Part shown: positions 14,470 to 20,000 of the stretch, piece by piece | Layout: every line of letters begins with the position of its first letter | How positions within the stretch are numbered: the first letter of the stretch is position 1 | Virus record (IMG/VR): IMGVR_UViG_3300006128_000009 | Length of the DNA stretch: 20,000 nucleotides | Origin: an uncultured virus (IMG/VR IMGVR_UViG_3300006128_000009) | Lineage: Duplodnaviria; Heunggongvirae; Uroviricota; Caudoviricetes | Direction: 5' to 3' (one strand) | Position numbers and translations under genes: made by a program | Notes under the pieces: generated by a model | What the model saw: only the letters and a program-made list of their open reading frames with translations | The model's database searches: none | Told to the model about the DNA's origin: nothing

Positions 14470-15033
14470 TCAAGGTAAATCGTCATTGGAAACCTCTACA
14501 CGATGTGCTCCATGTTCGGGACAAAGAGTTTTCCACCAGCCATCACGATATGTCTTACCTTTATTTCCACAGACTTCACAAGTCTTATGAGAAAGATATT
14601 CTGTGAAATTTACAGCAGAATCTACATCTCTCCAATAACGATCAGATTGCTTATTGTAATCTTCATCGTCATACTTGGCGAGTTCTTCTTCTGGAATGTC
14701 ATGATACATATCAAAATATATTCTAAGACCCGCAAACTTTTCCTTTATCTGTAAGAAACGAAATTTTGGTGCAGGTATGTGAGCATTTTTTAAATGCGTT
14801 TCTTCTTCGGCTTTCTTTTCTTCATCGGTCTTAACATAATTTTTCTTATATTGCACAACCATATTTCCACGACAAACTGAGGTTATATATCCACAAAGAT
14901 TATCAAGGAGATCATACCATCCATCATCATGCTCACAACCCCATGTCATGCAAGTTTCCTTTGGATCTCCTCCATGAAAACGGAAGAGATCAGGATACTT
15001 CTTTACGAGTTCAATTTCGAGTTCTTCTCTCAT
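14470..15033 (-). CDS. conserved hypothetical phage protein (GW..L, QIKEKFAGLRIY, CEVCG..C..H zinc site)
   Basis: Recognisable motif set; function unknown. Confidence 0.8.
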   Translation of the reverse strand: MREELEIELVKKYPDLFRFHGGDPKETCMTWGCEHDDGWYDLLDNLCGYITSVCRGNMVVQYKKNYVKTDEEKKAEEETHLKNAHIPAPKFRFLQIKEKFAGLRIYFDMYHDIPEEELAKYDDEDYNKQSDRYWRDVDSAVNFTEYLSHKTCEVCGNKGKTYRDGWWKTLCPEHGAHRVEVSNDDLP

Positions 15034-15236
15034 TAAATATCTCCGGTTTGCTCACAGGCTTCAATAATTTGATCCTTGAGTTCGCCTTCAATATATTCAT
15101 TATCTGAATTTATTACGAGCACCTCTTCCAACTTTCCAAAATCATAATGGAAAGTGGCGGTGTAAGTTTCTTCGCCGTCTTCAACGGTGAATTCGTAGGT
15201 TTCAGTCTTTTGGTGGAAGTCTAGTTCTGCTTTCAT
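15033..15236 (-). CDS. acidic hypothetical protein
   Basis: 67 aa, TAATG coupling. Confidence 0.7.
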   Translation of the reverse strand: MKAELDFHQKTETYEFTVEDGEETYTATFHYDFGKLEEVLVINSDNEYIEGELKDQIIEACEQTGDI

Positions 15237-15257
15237 ATATTTTTTAATTGGTTAACC

Positions 15258-15285
15258 ATTTTACCTCAAAATAGAAAAGAATCAA
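15258..15285 (-). promoter_or_regulatory. sigma70-like promoter TTGATT-N16-TAAAAT
   Basis: Intergenic, upstream of the ATG at 15236. Confidence 0.5.
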
Positions 15286-15343
15286 CAACAAAATTAAAGA
15301 AATCCAAACTGTAATAGGATTATTCCAGAATTTTTTAATCATT

Positions 15344-16006
15344 TCAATTCGTTTTATCAAGTTTACGATAAAGTCTTGGATTACTTTGTTCTAAACATTT
15401 TCTCATATTTTTTTGTTTAGCTTTGTAGCTTTCAAGTTGACTTTTCCTCATTTCTTCTTTTTCTTGCTTTAATTGTTTTTGCGATTTGTGATTAACGAAA
15501 AGTTCAGTCTTTTCTACAAAATCATATAATCCATATGTAGAAGAATATTTCTTTCCACCATGTGTGAAAAACTCTTGTATATTAAGAAGTTTTATTGCTA
15601 ACTTTCTCGCTTTTGATCCTTCTTGTGTATCGGAAAGAAATAATTCATGTAAATTTTTATCGGGAAATTCTTCCTGTAATTCTTTAGTACTCTGTTCGGA
15701 CAAAAAACTACTAATAGCACGAACATGTATTTGCTCCATTCGGGCAGTAGATTTCTTTTGGTCTTCGGGTATGGGAGTGTGTTCTATGTCATGACATTTT
15801 CTACATAAAACAAGAAGGTCTTTAATTGATTCCTGACCCCAAGTTTCAGGATAATAGACATGATGAACATCTCTACCTTCACCGCCACAGTGTTGACACG
15901 TGTATCTATAATACCTAAGAGCATTTTCCCTTATATCTTTCCACGTATCACTTTTAAGATATTCTCTATATAGAGATTGTTTAGGTGTAATTTTTTCTTC
16001 TTCCAT
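15344..16006 (-). CDS. HNH endonuclease with a C-terminal extension
   Basis: YREYLKSDTWKDIR..CQHCG..DVHHVYY..DLLVLCRKCHDIEH. Confidence 0.8.
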   Translation of the reverse strand: MEEEKITPKQSLYREYLKSDTWKDIRENALRYYRYTCQHCGGEGRDVHHVYYPETWGQESIKDLLVLCRKCHDIEHTPIPEDQKKSTARMEQIHVRAISSFLSEQSTKELQEEFPDKNLHELFLSDTQEGSKARKLAIKLLNIQEFFTHGGKKYSSTYGLYDFVEKTELFVNHKSQKQLKQEKEEMRKSQLESYKAKQKNMRKCLEQSNPRLYRKLDKTN

Positions 16007-16008
16007 AA

Positions 16009-16617
16009 TTAATATCCCATGTTAAGTTCTTGGGCTTGATTTGCAAGTTGGTCTAAAACTTTTTCACGACAATCAAATCCAAAGACTTCTTTCTCAACAA
16101 CGCCAAGTTCAATTGGAGTATAGTTAATATGTTCACATGAAACACAGAAATATCTTGGATCTATGGTATATCCTAAATTATCTGGTTTAAACTCCATAAC
16201 TCTTCTGTCATGAATGTGACCATGCACGTTCACCTTATGTGCTTTACCAAATGAACTAGGATGAATTGGAATATGACTCATGATAATGCCATTATCTAAA
16301 CGATGAGTACCACGAATATCTTTGAAATACTTTGCATATTCTTTCATCTCGTAAATATCATGATTACCCTTGATAAGAACTTTCTTACCATTAATTTTAC
16401 CAAAATTTTCAATATCTTTCTTTTTTTGAGCTACATCACCAAGAACGTATACTTTATCACTTGGATGAGTAACAACTTTGTTCCAGTTTTCGATTAATGT
16501 AGCATCATGTTCCTCTACGCTATTGAATGGACGCAATGCTTGATTGAAACCATCATTTACGATGAGCATGTCCAAATCCCCAAAATGGAGATCCGCTATT
16601 AGAAATACATTTTTCAT
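16009..16617 (-). CDS. calcineurin-like metallophosphoesterase
   Basis: DLHFG, LGDV, GNHD, SHIP and HGHIH motifs. Confidence 0.9.
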   Translation of the reverse strand: MKNVFLIADLHFGDLDMLIVNDGFNQALRPFNSVEEHDATLIENWNKVVTHPSDKVYVLGDVAQKKKDIENFGKINGKKVLIKGNHDIYEMKEYAKYFKDIRGTHRLDNGIIMSHIPIHPSSFGKAHKVNVHGHIHDRRVMEFKPDNLGYTIDPRYFCVSCEHINYTPIELGVVEKEVFGFDCREKVLDQLANQAQELNMGY

Positions 16618-16776
16618 TTACCAGTGTCGAATTACACCAGCTATTATAAAGAAATTCGTGATAATGTAAACTAAAATAATTAAAGTTCGGATTAATGCTA
16701 TAAGATCAGCTTCTTTGTCATGTCTACCAGCTTTATCACCAAGGGCTTTTGCCCAAAGTCTCCAAACATTTTTCAT
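16618..16776 (-). CDS. small membrane protein (52 aa, MKNVWRLWAKALGDKAG..ADLIALIRT..NFFIIAGVIRHW)
   Basis: Translated by hand; resembles a small family I recall from aquatic T4-like phages. Confidence 0.75.
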   Translation of the reverse strand: MKNVWRLWAKALGDKAGRHDKEADLIALIRTLIILVYIITNFFIIAGVIRHW

Positions 16777-16791
16777 GATTATTTGTTAAAA

Positions 16792-17034
16792 TTATTTCTT
16801 TGCGACTCTTTTTACTGGTTTATTGGGATGTTTTCTTATATCCCATAAGATGGCAATAAGAGGAACGCCAAAAAGAGCAAAAACTACTGTGAATATGATT
16901 CCCACAAACCAAACTGCTGCACAATAATCCACCGGAATAGGTGGAGTTACGGTAATATGACCTCTATGAATATGCTCACATGCACAATCATCTCCACCAT
17001 ATAGAACGGAACCCCACAGAATGGATTTTAACAT
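16792..17034 (-). CDS. membrane protein
   Basis: 80 aa, one TM helix followed by a basic tail. Confidence 0.6.
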   Translation of the reverse strand: MLKSILWGSVLYGGDDCACEHIHRGHITVTPPIPVDYCAAVWFVGIIFTVVFALFGVPLIAILWDIRKHPNKPVKRVAKK

Positions 17035-17043
17035 TGTTAAATT

Positions 17044-17187
17044 TTACCAAGCAATACCAGAAAATGTTTTACCAACAATAAGAACTGCTTTGTTTGCAAC
17101 AGCCTTATCATCGGTTTTCTTTACGATGTGATGAACACATCCGTTTAAACAAGTGATTGCAATAGCGATTAAGATTATGTTTTTCAT
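17044..17187 (-). CDS. small lipoprotein (47 aa, MKNIILIAIAITCLNGC...)
   Basis: Translated by hand; lipobox LNGC. Confidence 0.6.
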   Translation of the reverse strand: MKNIILIAIAITCLNGCVHHIVKKTDDKAVANKAVLIVGKTFSGIAW

Positions 17188-17194
17188 ATTTAAT

Positions 17195-17222
17195 ATATTA
17201 TCACACTTATAAACTTTTTCAA
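17195..17222 (-). promoter_or_regulatory. sigma70-like promoter TTGAAA-N16-TAATAT with extended TG
   Basis: In the intergenic gap, 7 nt above the ATG at 17187. Confidence 0.55.
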
Positions 17223-17235
17223 GTGCTTTTTTAAA

Positions 17236-17502
17236 TCACCCATACCACTCTCTATCTGGTAAAGATTCTGCACTCACTTTACAATCTGGTCCTTTATATG
17301 GAACATAAGGAATGTCTTTTCCAAAATGAGGATCAATGTTTGGAGGTACTGGAACAGTTGGAATGATTACAAGCTTCTCAATCAGCTTCTGAATAATAAT
17401 AGACTGATCCATAATTTTTTCATTCTGTTGATTGAGTTGCTTTTGAAGTTCATCAATCTTTTTAGATATTTCATCTAATTTGTTTTCTTGTATAATGTTC
17501 AT
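17236..17502 (-). CDS. hypothetical protein (coiled coil plus Pro-rich tail)
   Basis: 88 aa, ATGA overlap. Confidence 0.7.
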   Translation of the reverse strand: MNIIQENKLDEISKKIDELQKQLNQQNEKIMDQSIIIQKLIEKLVIIPTVPVPPNIDPHFGKDIPYVPYKGPDCKVSAESLPDREWYG

Positions 17503-17801
17503 ATCAAATTATCTTCTCTAATTTTAACATAAAATGTTTTCAATGATGAAACAAAATCTCTACCCACTGTATTTCTATGTACTATAAAAAATATCATTCC
17601 TAGCCTTATATTTCTCAATTTAGCTTTTGATTCTTCTATTTCAGATAGTTGAGACTTTATTGTTGTGTTTTCAGCAAGCTCATAAAACACATCTGGAATC
17701 ATTCCCTTTTCTCTTTCAAAGTAAGGCTTAACAAAGCTGTTAAAATGCTCTATAAGCTCTGCTTTTGTGCCAATAACAATTTCTTCAATTTCAACACTCA
17801 T
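17499..17801 (-). CDS. hypothetical protein
   Basis: Likely start MSVEIE at 17801. Confidence 0.7.
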   Translation of the reverse strand: MSVEIEEIVIGTKAELIEHFNSFVKPYFEREKGMIPDVFYELAENTTIKSQLSEIEESKAKLRNIRLGMIFFIVHRNTVGRDFVSSLKTFYVKIREDNLI

Positions 17802-17805
17802 AATA

Positions 17806-18054
17806 TTAGCTCCAATCCCATGCAAAGTCAAAAGGATTACAAAATCCTAACCAATATGAAAAAGATCTGCAATCTCCAACTTCTGCTAAACATTTTTTAG
17901 ATATTTTTACAGTTTTAACACTATCTTTTTTCATATAAAACATTCTTTCACCCATAAAGGAGTCATAACATACATTACAATCTTCAACAGCAGTTAACTC
18001 TACAGTATCTTTAAAGATACCTCTCTTTCTTTTTGTACAAATAACTTCTTTCAT
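17806..18054 (-). CDS. hypothetical protein
   Basis: 82 aa, tightly packed. Confidence 0.65.
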   Translation of the reverse strand: MKEVICTKRKRGIFKDTVELTAVEDCNVCYDSFMGERMFYMKKDSVKTVKISKKCLAEVGDCRSFSYWLGFCNPFDFAWDWS

Positions 18055-18055
18055 A

Positions 18056-18319
18056 TCAATTCCTAGGATCAGTCCAATTCTGAATAGGATAAGGTGTATT
18101 GAGAATCATTTCAACAAAAGCTTTTCCTTTTTCAGTGAGTGTAAGTTGATCAGCATCAGAATCATGTTCAGCAAATCTCACTAGGATATGATCTTTTAGT
18201 AATTGACTAGCAGCATCATATTCTGCCTTATTCCATCTGTTGATCATATACCTTGGCATATAGTGAGCTTTAAGTAGAATCTCAATCTTTAAGGGACTGT
18301 GTAGGTTTCTTGTGATCAT
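18056..18319 (-). CDS. hypothetical protein, possible winged helix (LTLTEKGKAFVE)
   Basis: wHTH wing-type LTEKG motif. Confidence 0.7.
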   Translation of the reverse strand: MITRNLHSPLKIEILLKAHYMPRYMINRWNKAEYDAASQLLKDHILVRFAEHDSDADQLTLTEKGKAFVEMILNTPYPIQNWTDPRN

Positions 18320-18320
18320 A

Positions 18321-18437
18321 TTATTTTAAATACCATTTAGTTATAAAAACTACAAACCATACTGCAAAGGGTATAAAAATCAATTGAAGAATTCCTTTAA
18401 AGAGTTCAAATGTATTATTGTCTATTGTTATGTCCAT
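18321..18437 (-). CDS. small membrane protein (38 aa, MDITIDNNTFELFKGILQLIFIPFAVWFVVFITKWYLK)
   Basis: Translated by hand; TAA-T-ATG coupling on both sides. Confidence 0.65.
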   Translation of the reverse strand: MDITIDNNTFELFKGILQLIFIPFAVWFVVFITKWYLK

Positions 18438-18438
18438 A

Positions 18439-18744
18439 TTAATCTCCAATTGGTGGTACAGTTACTTTAGTTGGTTTATCCTTTTCAATCCTCCAAGCAT
18501 CCTTAAACCATCTGCACATTGGATCTAAGTCCTCAATAACTGGAACATTATTATTCCATGTAAATGTAGAGACATAACCATCTTCAGGAAAACCATAGCT
18601 AAATCTATCTTGACATTTCTCATTGACATAATTTACAAAATTGTCTTTCATGTCTGGTTTGTAATGATCAAATGCAGTATCAATATCATCTAAGATAGAC
18701 CACAATCTTTCAGCAATTAGCTTATAGTTAATTTCTTCTTCCAT
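18439..18744 (-). CDS. hypothetical phage protein (LWSILDDIDTA motif)
   Basis: 101 aa, tightly packed. Confidence 0.75.
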   Translation of the reverse strand: MEEEINYKLIAERLWSILDDIDTAFDHYKPDMKDNFVNYVNEKCQDRFSYGFPEDGYVSTFTWNNNVPVIEDLDPMCRWFKDAWRIEKDKPTKVTVPPIGD

Positions 18745-18745
18745 A

Positions 18746-19024
18746 TTATTTTACAGCCTTCTCTGTTGTCTCATTATAAGCAAATTTCTCCATCTGCTTA
18801 ATATATCTCAAAGCTGTCTGATGTCTAGTCTCATTTTCATAACAACTAGAAACATTAAAAATTAGCTCATGATAAAGATCAGAAAGGTTTTCATACTTCT
18901 TTCTATTAACAACACCATCAAATGCTTCTACATTATGCATCTCCATCCAATTGTATAGGACTTTAGCAGCAGCAATGATCTCAGGTGGAATGTCTGTTAC
19001 TGGTGGATAGATATCATTGTTCAT
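18746..19024 (-). CDS. hypothetical phage protein (ETRHQTALRYI motif)
   Basis: 92 aa, coupled to its neighbours. Confidence 0.75.
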   Translation of the reverse strand: MNNDIYPPVTDIPPEIIAAAKVLYNWMEMHNVEAFDGVVNRKKYENLSDLYHELIFNVSSCYENETRHQTALRYIKQMEKFAYNETTEKAVK

Positions 19025-19242
19025 AGATTAAATGCCTCATTAACTCTTTCTTCAAACTTCTTAACAGCTGGGAGGATAATTTGAGTTGTTGTAAAGTCAT
19101 TTGTCTTAAGCTCTCTTGCTATAACATCTCCAAACTCTAATGCTGCTAGGTTAACTTTATTTCTAATAACAGAAAGCTCATCATGTTCTTCTAGTCCAGT
19201 TAGAACTTCTTTTAGGAAATTTTTAATCTCTTCTCTTTTCAT
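19021..19242 (-). CDS. hypothetical protein
   Basis: 73 aa, AGGAGG upstream. Confidence 0.72.
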   Translation of the reverse strand: MKREEIKNFLKEVLTGLEEHDELSVIRNKVNLAALEFGDVIARELKTNDFTTTQIILPAVKKFEERVNEAFNL

Positions 19243-19243
19243 A

Positions 19244-19627
19244 TCAATCCTCCTTAGTGTTGTTTACTACAATCATCTTCTCATCAGCAATCTTATAAAC
19301 CTCAAAGAAATCCTTTCTATTCTCTTCACTGAGTTCAAGGATCCTAGGACCAACTGATTCTAGATCACAGCATTCATCCTTCTTGTCATATTTGAGCCAA
19401 GCAATAACATAACAAGTCTCCTTCATATCAAAGAACTTTACAGAGATATTAGATCTATCCTTACAGACAAACCCATTCTTCTCTACAAAGCCATCCTTAA
19501 TATACTCATCATACTTTCCATAATAAGAACAAGGTTCCCAGACAAGAAACTCACCCTTATCAATAGATGGATTAGTATTACAGTTATTTCTAAACTCTAT
19601 ATTGTTAATTCTTACTTTGATGTTCAT
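19244..19627 (-). CDS. hypothetical phage protein
   Basis: Likely start MNIKVRI at 19627 (TAA-T-ATG). Confidence 0.75.
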   Translation of the reverse strand: MNIKVRINNIEFRNNCNTNPSIDKGEFLVWEPCSYYGKYDEYIKDGFVEKNGFVCKDRSNISVKFFDMKETCYVIAWLKYDKKDECCDLESVGPRILELSEENRKDFFEVYKIADEKMIVVNNTKED

Positions 19628-19628
19628 A

Positions 19629-19820
19629 TTATTCCTTTTTGTATGTGTAATAATGTACTTCATGCTCTGCATAAGCTGCAAAGCTCTTATTACACTCATC
19701 ACATTCTACTTCAATAGTATCATTATGCCCTCTAAAATACTCAAAAGAATCTCCACTCTCATGACCACAATAAGGGCAAACTATTTCATCAGTATAGCTA
19801 CAATCAAATTCTTCTTCCAT
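19629..19820 (-). CDS. small zinc-ribbon protein (CPYCG...CDEC)
   Basis: Likely start MEEEFD at 19820; two CxxC pairs. Confidence 0.75.
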   Translation of the reverse strand: MEEEFDCSYTDEIVCPYCGHESGDSFEYFRGHNDTIEVECDECNKSFAAYAEHEVHYYTYKKE

Positions 19821-19831
19821 ATCAATCTTTA

Positions 19832-20000
19832 TTATTCTAAGTCTACACAAAGGGTTGGTGTTGCTACAACTGCTGTTGTATCTTTATTAACTTCCTTTAA
19901 CATTGGTTCAATATGTTTATCCCACAAAGCTATCCATTCCTCTTTATCATCAATAGCCCACCTCTCTGTCTCAATAACAATATAAGAACCAGAACCATTA
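19832..20000 (-). CDS. hypothetical protein, 3' part (..GSGSYIVIETERWAIDD..)
   Basis: Open frame running off the window edge. Confidence 0.6.
   Translation of the reverse strand, partial: NGSGSYIVIETERWAIDDKEEWIALWDKHIEPMLKEVNKDTTAVVATPTLCVDLE

Noticed and set aside
4059..14560. Partial GTAAGAC/GTCTTAC matches inside CDSs (about 4060, 4951, 5095, 13607, 14552)
   Set aside because: They lack the full TGG flank and a partner at 15-16 nt; compatible with chance.
1..20000. Stop-codon reassignment
   Set aside because: Genes tile densely in the standard code, all three stops are used and there is no suppressor tRNA.

Overview
Segment of a large T4-like (rIIA/rIIB-bearing) dsDNA phage genome, standard genetic code, genes mostly on the minus strand. 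Left part (1-7.7 kb): an Ogg2-like HhH-GPD DNA glycosylase, a papain-fold Cys/His protein, an AT-rich antisense HNH endonuclease abutting a three-tRNA cluster (Lys-TTT, Arg-TCT, CAT/Ile2-like), rIIB, rIIA and small early-type genes behind sigma70-like promoters. A ~0.8 kb non-coding region (7.7-8.5 kb) holds paired inverted TGGTAAGAC boxes, which also lie upstream of two other operons, and a ~10-bp periodic repeat array; it is a candidate origin. Right part: genes behind T4-late-like TAWAAGTA/TAAATA motifs, an M14 peptidase, a DenV-family-like glycosylase, lipoproteins, a second HNH, a metallophosphoesterase and many small hypothetical genes. Most striking unexplained signals: (1) no CpG dinucleotide at all from 17168 to 20000, with a sharp edge at an operon boundary; (2) a recurring TGGTAAGAC-N15/16-GTCTTACCA site family; (3) a ~1.9 kb block of reversed strand skew bounded by the repeat array and a MraZ-box-like GTGG triplet. 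All calls come from reading motifs by eye; no database searches were run.
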